Of a stretch of DNA of 64,000 nucleotides, positions 43,773 through 54,248 are shown one piece after another (positions within the stretch are counted from its first letter, which is position 1; the number at the start of each line of letters is the position of its first letter). This stretch comes from an uncultured Methanosarcinaceae archaeon. Lineage in GTDB: Archaea; Halobacteriota; Methanosarcinia; Methanosarcinales; Methanosarcinaceae. Location: contig CAVSHT010000009.1 of NCBI GenBank assembly GCA_963727895.1, positions 192,001 to 256,000 of the forward strand. The letters are read 5' to 3'. The notes below the pieces were generated by a model that was not told the DNA's origin, made no database searches, and saw only the letters and a program-made list of their open reading frames with translations. A program made the position numbers and the translations under genes.

Positions 43773-43780
43773 TGCGTTGT

Positions 43781-44273
43781 AGGGGTAAGTCACGTTTCTG
43801 TCCAAAAATGGATAAAGAAATTTGGTAAGGAGTTAGAGGCTCTAAAAAGTGAAAATGAGATATCTATTGTTGAAATGGATGAAATGCACACGTACATCGG
43901 TAACAAAAAAAAATATTGCTGGATCTGGATTGCTGTTGATAGAGTTGGGAAAAAGTTCATCAACTGCTCTTTTGGTAGCAGAGGAACGGAAACTGGAAAA
44001 CTACTCTGGGAAAAAGTGAAGAAAAAAGAGATTGGAGAAGTGATGACAGATCACTGGAGAGCATATGCAGAGTTTATTCCAGAAAAGAGTCATACTCAAT
44101 CCAAAGCAGAAACATTTACAGTTGAGGGATATAACAGCATATTGAGGCATTTCCTGGTAGATTGAGAAGAAAAACAAAGTGTTATACAAAAAGTCTTGAA
44201 ATGCTAAAGTACTCGGTTATTCTATTGATGAAATACAGAAATAAAGAACTAGATATAGTTAAGTAACAATGCC
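43781..44273 (+). mobile_element. 5'-truncated IS1 copy
   Basis: Near-identical to 17618-18110 and ends in right TIR taacaatgcc. A9 at the slip site and a frameshift near 44158. Confidence 0.9.
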
Positions 44274-44649
44274 AATTTACCTTCTGAGAAATCAAGCTGT
44301 AAATTTCAATATTTAATTATTGAATATATTTATAGTTTTATTTTTTGAGAATTGCAAGATCTGTTATAATAGAAAGAGTGAAAATAGTATAGATTATTTT
44401 ATATAAATTTTAATATATACAATTTTTATTATATATAATGTCATTATATAGATAGAAGGATTTATGTAATATAGCGTTTTCAACTATTTTTCATTACAGA
44501 TTAAACATTAATTTACTGAGGTACTACGCACTAGAGAAAATAAGGAGTTAACGTACTTTATGCACGCAACTACCTTTATAGTAACACACCGAGAGTGCCT
44601 TGACCACGGTACCGCCTGAAGAACAACAAATCGAAAAAGAGGCATACCA

Positions 44650-46020
44650 TTGACGAAAGTTGTAGAAATATCTCCAAACACGAGACTTGAAGGTCACTCC
44701 AAACTCACCCTGAAAGTGAATGATGAGGGTATTGTCGAGCGAGGAGACTGGCTCTCTATCACCCCGGTCAGGGGTATTGAAAAGCTCGCCATAGGTAAGA
44801 CAATGGAACAGGTCCCGAAGATTTCCTCTCGGGTCTGTGGTATCTGTCCCATTGCCCACACTCTGGCAAGCACCGAGGCCATGGAAGCTTCAATCGGCTG
44901 CGAAATTCCCACGGATGCAAAGCTCCTGCGGATCATTCTCCATGCCGCAAACCGTATCCATAGCATCGCCCTGCACAACATCTTGATCCTGCCGGACTTT
45001 TACATACCGGGGACAGAGAAAAAATTCAATATGTTCGCAAATGAGCAGCCTGCCAGAAGCGTTATGGCGAGAATTGTCCGCATTCGTGAGATTGGACAGA
45101 CCATTGGAGCCATCGCAGGTGGCGAGGCGATTCATCCTTCCAACCCAAGAATCGGGGGGATGTATCACAACGTAAGTCCACGGGCAAAGCAGAAAATGGC
45201 TGATCTGGCAAAAGAAGGACTTGTCCTTGCCCACGAGCAGATGGATTTCATGCTCGATGTCATCAGGAATATGCAGAACCGAGAATTTGTCGAGGTTGCA
45301 GGCAAGCAGATCCCACTTCCCAAGACACTTGGATACCACAACCAGGGAGTTATGGCTACATCCACGATGTACGGCTCATCCAGTCTGGACGAGAATCCCA
45401 CATGGGACTTCACCAGATGGAAGGAAACCAGACCATGGGACTGGTATATGGGTGAGGTAACGATAGATCTTGAAGATCCAACTTATCCATCAGGAGGTAC
45501 CACAAAAGTCGGGACCAAAGCTAACCCCCAGATGGAAGCCTGCACCGGTGTTCCTACATACGACGGTCAGCCGGTAGAGGTCGGCCCAAGAGCAAGGCTT
45601 TCTGCCTTCAAGAACTTCGACGAAAAAGGAACCTTCGCTCAACACATTGCCAGGCAAATGGAGTATCCCGATTGCTGTTACACCATTTTCAAGTGCCTTG
45701 ACAACTTGAATACCTCAGGGAAGGTCATCGCCGACAACATCCCTCTGGGGGACGGATCCATGGGTTGGGCCGCAAATGAAGCACCGCGTGGAACCAATGT
45801 CCACCTCGCAAGGGTGAAGGACGGAAAAGTGTTGTGGTATGAGATGCTTGTGCCTACGACCTGGAATTTCCCTACCTGTAGCCGTGCTCTGACAGGAGCG
45901 CCCTGGCAGATAGCCGAAATGGTTGTCCGGGCTTATGACCCTTGCGTCTCGTGTGCAACCCACATGATCGTGATGAACGAGGAGAACAAGATAGTCACCC
46001 AGAAGCTTATGCAGTGGTGA
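44650..46020 (+). CDS. frhA: F420-reducing [NiFe] hydrogenase large subunit
   Basis: RLEGH, RVCGICP and DPCVSCATH with C-terminal extension. Confidence 0.95.
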   Translation: MTKVVEISPNTRLEGHSKLTLKVNDEGIVERGDWLSITPVRGIEKLAIGKTMEQVPKISSRVCGICPIAHTLASTEAMEASIGCEIPTDAKLLRIILHAANRIHSIALHNILILPDFYIPGTEKKFNMFANEQPARSVMARIVRIREIGQTIGAIAGGEAIHPSNPRIGGMYHNVSPRAKQKMADLAKEGLVLAHEQMDFMLDVIRNMQNREFVEVAGKQIPLPKTLGYHNQGVMATSTMYGSSSLDENPTWDFTRWKETRPWDWYMGEVTIDLEDPTYPSGGTTKVGTKANPQMEACTGVPTYDGQPVEVGPRARLSAFKNFDEKGTFAQHIARQMEYPDCCYTIFKCLDNLNTSGKVIADNIPLGDGSMGWAANEAPRGTNVHLARVKDGKVLWYEMLVPTTWNFPTCSRALTGAPWQIAEMVVRAYDPCVSCATHMIVMNEENKIVTQKLMQW

Positions 46021-46024
46021 AGAA

Positions 46025-46504
46025 ATGGAAACGCTGTACTCCGAGATCGTAGTGGCAGGCTGCGGCAACCCTCTATATGCTGACGATGGGTTTGGACCCG
46101 CAGTAGTGGAGAAACTTAAAGACCTCAAAATTCCAGAAAAAGTCACAGTCGTTGACGCGGGACTTGGAGGTCCACATTTTATATTTACACTCCTCAACCC
46201 TGAGTCTACAAAGACCCTTATAATCGTGGATATTGCGGACTTTGGAGGGAAACCCGGCGAGCTCAGATGGCTCTCCGTTGACGAGCTTCCTGTAGGGAGC
46301 TACCGGGACGCCCACTCCTGGGATCTTACCGAACCTCTCCAGTATATCAAGAATGATATACGGATCAGAGTTCTTGCATGCCAGAAGAAGTATGTCTCTG
46401 CCCCTAATATGGTCATTGGGATTACAGACGAAGTACAGAGAGCCATTCCAGAAGCTGTATCTGAGATACTGAAAGAAATTGGGATGAACTATGGGACTGC
46501 TTAA
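46025..46504 (+). CDS. frhD: Hydrogenase maturation protease
   Basis: GCGNPLYADDGFG, VDAG and DAH. Confidence 0.93.
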   Translation: METLYSEIVVAGCGNPLYADDGFGPAVVEKLKDLKIPEKVTVVDAGLGGPHFIFTLLNPESTKTLIIVDIADFGGKPGELRWLSVDELPVGSYRDAHSWDLTEPLQYIKNDIRIRVLACQKKYVSAPNMVIGITDEVQRAIPEAVSEILKEIGMNYGTA

Positions 46505-47369
46505 CTTCATCAAGAAAACTATGAGTGTGGAAACTAGGCCCTCTCAGGTTACGATGGAGAAGGTGGAAGCTACAAAGGAGACAAAACCAGTGACAAATAA
46601 GATCAAGCTCGGACACGTACACATGAGCGGCTGTACAGGTTGTCTTGTGTCCATAGCCGACAACAACTTAGGACTCATCAAGATCCTGGATGACTATGCC
46701 GACCTCGTCTACTGTCTCACACTCGCAGACGTTCGACATATCCCAGAAATGGATGTGGCACTCGTCGAAGGATCAGTATGCATTCAAGATCATGAATCAG
46801 TAGAAGATATCAAAGAGGCTCGGAAAAAAGCCAAGATCGTGGTAGCCCTTGGATCCTGCGCGTGCTATGGGAATATCACCCGGTTTAGCCGCGGTGGACA
46901 GCACAACCAGCCACAGCACGAGTCTTTCCTCCCAATTGGGGATATTATCGACGTAGACATTTACATTCCCGGATGCCCTCCAAGCCCGGAGCTCATAAGG
47001 AACGTTGCTGTTATGGCATACCTGCTCCTGGAAGGAAACGATGACCAAAAAGCCCTTGCAGGCAAGTACTTAAAGCCTCTAATGGATCTTGCGAAGCGCG
47101 GCACGTTTGGATGTTTCTGCGACCTGATGTATGACGTGATTAACCAGGGCCTCTGTATGGGCTGCGGCACCTGCGCTGCATCCTGTCCAGTACATGCGAT
47201 CACCCTCGAGTTCGGGAAACCGCAGGGTGAGCGTGACCTCTGCATTAAGTGCGGTTCCTGCTACGGTGCATGTCCAAGATCGTTCTTCAATTTAGACGTG
47301 ATTCCTGAATTTGAGAACATCAGTGAAATAATCGCTGGAGCGCTTAAGGAAGGTGAGAGTGATGATTGA
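46491..47369 (+). CDS. frhG: F420-reducing hydrogenase small subunit
   Basis: CTGC, GSCACYG, PGCPP and two ferredoxin motifs. Confidence 0.95.
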   Translation: MGLLNFIKKTMSVETRPSQVTMEKVEATKETKPVTNKIKLGHVHMSGCTGCLVSIADNNLGLIKILDDYADLVYCLTLADVRHIPEMDVALVEGSVCIQDHESVEDIKEARKKAKIVVALGSCACYGNITRFSRGGQHNQPQHESFLPIGDIIDVDIYIPGCPPSPELIRNVAVMAYLLLEGNDDQKALAGKYLKPLMDLAKRGTFGCFCDLMYDVINQGLCMGCGTCAASCPVHAITLEFGKPQGERDLCIKCGSCYGACPRSFFNLDVIPEFENISEIIAGALKEGESDD

Positions 47370-48237
47370 AGATCCGTATCTCGGCAAATACATTACCTGT
47401 GTTTCGGCACGAAGCACGGATAAGGAGATTCTCAAGAAGGCACAGGACGGCGGCATCGCCACCACCCTTATGACATATGCTCTTGAAGAAGGGATTATTG
47501 ACGGGACAATTGTGGCAGGAGAGGGCGAGAAACCCTGGCAGCCAAAGCCAATAGTTGCAACAAGCCGCGAGGAAATTCTCGAGGCAAGAGGAACTAGATA
47601 CAGCATCAGCCCTCAGATTTCCGGGCTCAAGGAAGCAACCCGTTCATATGGCCTTGATAAAGTTGGAGTTACCGGCGTCTGCTGTCAGATGCAGGCAGTG
47701 AGAAAAGCTCAGCTCTATCCGATCAACATGCGAGATGTCCCAGGTAAGGTTGCACTTACAGTAGGGCTTTTCTGTATGGAGAATTTCCCGTACAAGTCCA
47801 TGCAGAGCATTGTTGAAGACCATGCAGCACAAAGCCTGGGTTCAGTAAAGAAAATGGAGATCACAAAAGGCAAGTTCTGGGTCTACACTGAACGCGGAAA
47901 CGTCGCTACTGTGCCTCTTAAGGATACACACAAGTACGAACAGCCCGGCTGCCACGTCTGCCTCGACTATGTTTCAAACCTCGCAGATATCTCTACCGGC
48001 TCAGTCGGTAGCCCAGACGGCTGGTCAACAGTTTTCATCCGCACCAAGGTTGGAAACGAAATCTGGTCCAAGGCTGTAGCTGCAGGTTTGTTCGAGACAA
48101 AGCCTATCGAGGATGTAAAACCTGGTCTCGATCTCCTCAGAAAGCTCGCAAAAGAGAAGATAGAAAAGAACCAGAAGACAGTTGAGGAGCGCAAGACCTT
48201 CGGCGTCAACAAAGCGCTGCGAAACCCTTACGCCTAA
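47362..48237 (+). CDS. frhB: F420-reducing hydrogenase FAD/F420-binding subunit
   Basis: AQDGGIAT, GVCCQ, GLFCMENF, GCHVC and ADISTGSVGSPDGWS. Confidence 0.95.
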   Translation: MIEDPYLGKYITCVSARSTDKEILKKAQDGGIATTLMTYALEEGIIDGTIVAGEGEKPWQPKPIVATSREEILEARGTRYSISPQISGLKEATRSYGLDKVGVTGVCCQMQAVRKAQLYPINMRDVPGKVALTVGLFCMENFPYKSMQSIVEDHAAQSLGSVKKMEITKGKFWVYTERGNVATVPLKDTHKYEQPGCHVCLDYVSNLADISTGSVGSPDGWSTVFIRTKVGNEIWSKAVAAGLFETKPIEDVKPGLDLLRKLAKEKIEKNQKTVEERKTFGVNKALRNPYA

Positions 48238-48287
48238 AACTCCTCTTTTTTCGTCATCGAAGCTATTGTGTTATCTACGCTGAATAA

Positions 48288-48311
48288 GGGGATGAGTTTT
48301 GTCTCATCCCC
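48288..48311 (+). terminator. Hairpin after frhB
   Basis: ggggatgag-ttttgt-ctcatcccc with T-rich tail. Confidence 0.6.
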
Positions 48312-48359
48312 AAGTTCTGATTTTATTTTTGTAACTTATCCATCAGTATATCTAAGTTA

Positions 48360-49099
48360 GGCATTGGTACACAAAAATAGATATATGTGCTTATAACATA
48401 TATTTCTTCATTAACTGCCCCAGATGCAATAGTTCTAATTACAAAAATAATGGTATAGTTGGCGGGCGTCAACGGTACAAATGCTCTGATTGTGGCTATA
48501 ACTATACAGTAGAGCTAAAATCAACTGCTTTTTCCGCTTCTGTAAAAAGACAGGCTTTACAACTTTACCTTGAAGGATTAGGCTTTCGTTCAATAGGAAG
48601 AGTTTTAGGGGTAAGTCATGTTTCTGTCCAAAAATGGATAAAGAAATTTGGTCAGGAGTTAGAGGCTCTAAAAAGTGAAAATGAGATATCTATTGTTGAA
48701 CTGGATGAAATGCACACTTACATCGGTAATAAAAAAAATATTGCTGGATCTAGATTGCTGTTGATAGAGTTAGGAAAAAGTTCATCAACTGCTCTTTTGG
48801 TAGCAGAGGAACAGAAACTGGAAAACTACTCTAGGAAAAAATGAAGAAAAAAGAGATTGGAGAAGTGATGACCGATCACTGGAGAGCATATGCAGAGTTT
48901 CTTCCTGAAACGATTCATACTCAATCAAAAGCAGAAACATTTACAGTTGAGGGATATAACAGCATATTGAGGCACTTTTTGGCAAGGTTGAGAAGAAAGA
49001 CAAAGTGTTATACGAAGAGTCTTGAAATGCTAAAGTACTCGGTTATTTTATAGATGAAATACAGAAATAAAGAGGTAACTATATTTAGTTAACAATACC
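48360..49099 (+). mobile_element. IS1 copy, full-length but inactivated
   Basis: TIRs ggcattggtac.. / ..ttaacaatacc. Start ATG mutated to ATT, TAG stops at 48751, 48832 and 49051, no TSD. Confidence 0.9.
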
Positions 49100-49219
49100 T
49101 CCATATTTTAGATATAATTCCATTTTTAATCTGAAAATTAATGCTTAAAATACCGCTAAAGTTTGAGATAAAAAAATAAGTAAATAAGTAAATAAATTAG
49201 AATGATATAACTAAACTCC

Positions 49220-49750
49220 ATGTATTTTACAATCCGACCCGAAACTCCCGCCGACTACCTGGCAATTAAAGAGGTAAATGACCTTGCCTTCGAGCGACTC
49301 GATGAAGGTGAACTCGTTGAAAACCTCAGGAAAAACCCAAAATTTGTCAAGGAACTGTCTCTTGTAGCTGAAACTAATAAAAAAATAGTTGGTCATATTC
49401 TTTTTTTCCCTATAGTCATCAGATCAGAGGCAGGAAAGGAAAAGGAAACTATTTCTCTTGCCCCGCTTGCAGTTAAGCCTGAGTTCCAGAAACAAGGTAT
49501 TGGAGGCAAGCTAATACGAGAAGGACTTAAGGCTTGCCAACAATTGGGACATGGTTCCGTGATAGTCTATGGTCATCCTGGGTATTATCCAAAATTTGGG
49601 TTTAGACCAGTAGCTGGCACATGGAGCATAAAAGATCCCTATGGAGCACCTGCCGAAGCATTTATGGCACTGGAATTAAAGGAAGGCGGACTTGAAAATG
49701 CCGACGGGGAAGTGGAATTACCAGAAGAATTCAAAGTTAAGCGTTTATAA
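49220..49750 (+). CDS. GNAT N-acetyltransferase (YhbS-like)
   Basis: IVGHILF, LAPLAVKPEFQKQGIG and GHPGYYPKFGF. Confidence 0.9.
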   Translation: MYFTIRPETPADYLAIKEVNDLAFERLDEGELVENLRKNPKFVKELSLVAETNKKIVGHILFFPIVIRSEAGKEKETISLAPLAVKPEFQKQGIGGKLIREGLKACQQLGHGSVIVYGHPGYYPKFGFRPVAGTWSIKDPYGAPAEAFMALELKEGGLENADGEVELPEEFKVKRL

Positions 49751-50309
49751 AGCTCTGGATTTAGGCATCTATTTTCAGTATGTTATACTTTAATGGAAAG
49801 TTTTTTACATAACCGTAATAAGAGAAAGCATAGGTTTTCTCCAGAGTCCTAAAAAGAAATTTGATAACTCTTTCAGAGTCAACAAGGTGCTGAGAAACCC
49901 TGCACCTAAAATCTTTTTTACCCTCAATTTTTGAAATTTTCATAAATTAAGACCAACATCAACAGACACTGAGGAAAGTGCCGATGTGTTTTTTACACTC
50001 TCTTTACATTTGATAGAGAGCAAATCGATCAAGATTTCCAGATTCATATATGATATAGAACAACTGAGTTTAGAAAAGCATACCTTAAAGAAATGCAGAA
50101 AAATAAAGAGTTACGGAAAAATGGTTCTTGTCGTTTATCCCGCCCTCTTCGATATATATTTCAACAAGCTAGAATTGAAAACAGGAAAAATCATATCCAG
50201 GCATTTTAAGACCAGATCCACACAAAAGATGATCACAAGAGTGTGTGGTAAAGTCTTTTCTGGATAACTATTAGTCCGGATTTAAGCAAACGTTAATTCT
50301 ATTTTTCAA

Positions 50310-51803
50310 TCAATTCGGGGGCTCTCCTCTTTTCATCCTCTTCAAATACTTGTTCATTGCCACGTCTGCAATAAGGGTAATCCCTTTATGAACTGCATGA
50401 ACCCCAGGTCCTACGGTCATCCTCTCACTATAAAATCGGTGCAGAGTCTTCAGGTGCCGAAGGTTGTACTCTAGGCAAAGTCCCACCAGTTCCCAGTGCT
50501 CAGGAAAGGCCTGATCCTTTCCAAAGCCGGTCATGCCACCAAGCTTCGTTTCAGATATGGGGCTGAAGAATAGCGGCATCAGCAGCCCGGTGTAATCCTT
50601 CAACGACTCCAAGAGTTCAATGGTCTTCAGCACATCCTCTGCAGTCTCGCCAGGGAGACCAAGCACAAGGCTGCCAACAGGAAGCCAGGACTCTTCTCCA
50701 AAAAGCTGATAGCAATCTCTGACTATCTCGGGCCAGTTCTCGGGGTTTTTCGGCGAAGCTTTTCTTGGCATATGCATTTGAAGAATTCTGCAGCTTCCTG
50801 TCTCTATCCCTACCCAGGCAGACATGTACTTCTGATCTCTACCAACTCCTACTATCTTGGACACTTCCCGAAGAAGGTCCTGATTTTGATTAACTGTGGC
50901 GAGACTGACATGGGATATATCCACCGTCCTCGGCCCCAGCCGCTTAACCTCTCTGAACAGTTTCTTGACCTTTTCTCCATTTGGCTTGGCACCTGATGAG
51001 CCGTAGGTAAAGACATCTTCGGAATGAAGAACCACGTCCCTTTGACCCGCCTTTATGTTCATCGCTACGTCATCGAGGATTTTATCCAAAGGTCTGTAAC
51101 GGAGAGTACGCATGTTAGGGGAGCAGAAAGAACACCCACGCCAACAGCCCCTGCCAACCTCCACGATCCCGGCAATGGTTGGACCCCTGTTCACAGGTAT
51201 GTCCCCTCCTGCCACAGCTGTTCCTCGGATTACCTTTGGAACCTCATCGCCGTTAATAATAGATCGGCAGATTCTAGGAAAATCGCCCTCCCCCTCCCCC
51301 AGGAAAATATGATCCACTGGTACATCCTCCCCCACCAGCTCCCACGCTCCCATACCGCCGACCACTAGCTTTGGCATATGCTCTTTGATCAGTGGATGGT
51401 TTATTAGGGATAAGAAATTGGACCTGTTATGAGGCTCACCTCGCCCGATTATCTCCTCGATCTCGCGTAAAGCGATTTTTCCGAGGGGATCGTCGTGGGT
51501 GATTCCCACGATCTCAGTTTCTGGTCCTATGGCTTTGTCAAGGTGATCAGGATGGGCAACCATCACATCAGACCGATCAAAACCTGCCTCCAACAAGGCT
51601 GCCTCCACTTTTCTCATGCCGCAGGGAGCGAGCAGGGCTGAGCCATTCGAGGCTGCAGCTATGGGAGGGCAAAAAAGCCTCTTGAAAGCAAAATCGGGGA
51701 GCACCGACTTTGGCATAGTCGCTGTAAATCCAAGAACCGCACCCCCGTGATATGTGCTCATCATGGTAGAATCACTTGTCAGAACGATTTTTTTGCCTTG
51801 CAT
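50310..51803 (-). CDS. Radical SAM protein with B12-binding-like N-terminal domain
   Basis: GMRKVEAALL, VVGGMGAW, EVGRGCWRGCSFC (CxxxCxxC), GIETGS and GLPGET. Confidence 0.9.
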   Translation of the reverse strand: MQGKKIVLTSDSTMMSTYHGGAVLGFTATMPKSVLPDFAFKRLFCPPIAAASNGSALLAPCGMRKVEAALLEAGFDRSDVMVAHPDHLDKAIGPETEIVGITHDDPLGKIALREIEEIIGRGEPHNRSNFLSLINHPLIKEHMPKLVVGGMGAWELVGEDVPVDHIFLGEGEGDFPRICRSIINGDEVPKVIRGTAVAGGDIPVNRGPTIAGIVEVGRGCWRGCSFCSPNMRTLRYRPLDKILDDVAMNIKAGQRDVVLHSEDVFTYGSSGAKPNGEKVKKLFREVKRLGPRTVDISHVSLATVNQNQDLLREVSKIVGVGRDQKYMSAWVGIETGSCRILQMHMPRKASPKNPENWPEIVRDCYQLFGEESWLPVGSLVLGLPGETAEDVLKTIELLESLKDYTGLLMPLFFSPISETKLGGMTGFGKDQAFPEHWELVGLCLEYNLRHLKTLHRFYSERMTVGPGVHAVHKGITLIADVAMNKYLKRMKRGEPPN

Positions 51804-52008
51804 TGTAAAGCCAACTTTTCCGCCATTTACAGTATAATTTCTATTTATTTGTTATACATAAAAAGTTTATGTGGTAAAAACTTCACCAAAATTACCACCA
51901 CTACTTTTCCTTGATGTTTTTTACTTAAGCCTTTTGATTTAGTGGTTCTGGTGCAAAAAATCTGGATTTGTTGTAAAATCAGTTTAAATCTTCACAATTA
52001 AGAAATTT

Positions 52009-52750
52009 GGTATTGTTAACTGAATATATCTAGTTCTTTATTTCTTTATTTCATCAATAGAATAACCGAGTACTTTAGCATTTCAAGACTTTTTGTATAA
52101 CACTTTGTCTTTCTTCTCAATTTTGCCAGAAAATGCCTCAATATGCTGTTATATCCTTCAACAGTATACGTTTCTGCTTTGGATTGAGTATGGATCTTTT
52201 CTGGAATAAACTCTGCATATGCTCTCCAGTGATCTGTCATCACTTCTCCAATCTCTTTTTTCTTCACTTTTTCCCAGAGAGTAGTTTTCCAGTTTCCGTT
52301 CCTCTGATGCCAAAAGAGCAGTTGATAAACTTTTTCCCAACTCTATCAACAGCAATCCAGATCCAGCAATATTTTTTTTGTTACCGATTTAAGTGTGCAT
52401 CTCATCCATTTCAACAATAGATATCTCACTTTCACTTTTTAGGTTCTCTCACTCTTGACCAAATTTCTTTATCCATTTTTGGACAGAAACATGACTTACC
52501 CCTAAAACTCTTCCTATTGAGCGAAAGCCCAATCCTTCAAGATAGAGTTGTAAAGCCTGTCTTTTTACAGAAGCGGAAAAAGCAGTTGATTTTAGCTCTA
52601 CTATATAGTTATAGCCACAATCAGAGCATTTATACCGTTGACGCCCGCCAACTATACCATTATTTTTGTGACTGGAACTATTACATTTTGGGTAGTTCAT
52701 GAAGAAATATATGGTATAAGCATATATATCTATTTTTGTGTACCAATGCC
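52009..52750 (-). mobile_element. IS1 copy, inverted and inactivated
   Basis: Ends ggtattgttaac (52009) and gtaccaatgcc (52750). Internal TGA/TAA stops and frameshifts, no TSD. Confidence 0.9.
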
Positions 52751-52944
52751 TTAAATAGTTCTGATAATCTAGTGAGGTCCTTAGTAAATTGGTTATAATC
52801 TGCAAAATTTGGTGAACTTAGTGGACTAAAATGGCTACACCCTTTGCAATTTAAATTACAATGATCTACTAAATGAGTTTCGAGCTTGGGAAGAACATTC
52901 TTATAATACATTAACTTTGCTCTATATTTATAAATGTTTGACAT
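52751..52944 (-). pseudogene. Radical SAM gene truncated by IS1
   Basis: MSNIYK..LETHLVDHCNLNCKGCSHFSP..RLSELFK runs directly into the IS1 end. Confidence 0.8.
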
Positions 52945-53145
52945 TATAAATACAGCTTTAGGATCGGTTAGATGCTGGTATATTATAGTGCGGTATGCCA
53001 CATTAGAATATATATGAGACTGTGCATATAATTTTATCATATACACAGTCATCTTTGGAAAAAGCTGCAAATAGAATTGTCTGCATTCTAGACGCGAATG
53101 GAAATACCGTTAACATGGATGCAATTCAATTTGAAGTTTGGATAT

Positions 53146-54006
53146 TCAATTCTGTGATACTTTTCTCGCAGCTATCGCGATCCAATCTCCGATTTCCTGA
53201 TAATGTTTTTTTCCAGAAAGACTATTCCAGACATTTTCAATTTTAAATCCATTCTGCTCAAGGACCACGCTGATTGTTTCAAAGGAATAATCATGCATCA
53301 AGAGCCTATAAGTCTTAACTGTGTAGTCTTTATCAATAACAATATACTGATTTAGCCATGTGTCATTTTCTGGGTAATCAAAACCTTCTTTCAAAACAAG
53401 GTGTTTTCCTTGTCTCCAAAATACGGCTTCTGAAACATACCACCTGTTTTTACGTCCTTCCCGCAGGCGAAGTGCCCGTGTAGATACATCAAAAACAAAA
53501 ATTCCACCGTCTTTAAGTGCTCTGTAGATAATGTTCAAAAGTAAGTCCCTTTTTTCATCAGAAAAAGTACATACTTCTCCATATACTTGAAGAACAACAT
53601 CAAAGATCTGGTCATATTCAATGTTGAAAAAATCAGTGCAAATGTACTCAATATTCAGCCCATCTTTTTTAGCTTGGGAACGAGCATAATTAATGGATCG
53701 AGGAGAAATATCGATGCATGTCAAGTTCATACCTTTCTGGCATAGCCTGTTGCTATATAATCCAGGACCACAACCCAAATCAAGTACTCTGTCTCCAGCT
53801 TTAAGGAGACATGAAGCAGTCAGATGATTAATTGTTTTCTCGATTTCAGTATTTTTTCGGCTTGCTTCATTATGTGTCTGGTCAAGATGGGCTTTAAGCA
53901 TACTACTTGAAATATAAGGATCATCCCAGAATTTAGGCTCCCCTGGTTCAAAAAGAGGAGGTTTTGAAGTCTTGGCAAATATTGATAAAATAGAATTTTG
54001 GGACAT
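53146..54006 (-). CDS. Class I SAM-dependent methyltransferase
   Basis: VLDLGCGPGLY, IDIS and LKDGGIFVFD. Confidence 0.9.
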   Translation of the reverse strand: MSQNSILSIFAKTSKPPLFEPGEPKFWDDPYISSSMLKAHLDQTHNEASRKNTEIEKTINHLTASCLLKAGDRVLDLGCGPGLYSNRLCQKGMNLTCIDISPRSINYARSQAKKDGLNIEYICTDFFNIEYDQIFDVVLQVYGEVCTFSDEKRDLLLNIIYRALKDGGIFVFDVSTRALRLREGRKNRWYVSEAVFWRQGKHLVLKEGFDYPENDTWLNQYIVIDKDYTVKTYRLLMHDYSFETISVVLEQNGFKIENVWNSLSGKKHYQEIGDWIAIAARKVSQN

Positions 54007-54248
54007 TTAAAACACATCCTTAAAAATACTATGTATAAAATTATGTTTTAGTCTGAAATAATTTCGCTTTTTTAGAAAGTAATCTTACGATTTTATTCAT
54101 CTACGAAATACACTATTTTACCATAAACAATTTTCAGGTATGCTTAACTTAGTTTCGTACATAGTACCGGCTAATATTCCATTAGGCAAGCTATCCAAAA
54201 AAAGAAAAAACATAAACTTGAGAAGAACACAATATGGGAAAATTAAGA

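Noticed and set aside
44548..48212. Numerous antisense ORFs over frh and other genes
   Set aside because: Shadow ORFs of well-supported genes, with no motifs of their own.
49870..49975. Possible second MITE or IS end (cagagtc...gacactg)
   Set aside because: The inverted repeat is too weak and there is no second copy in the window.
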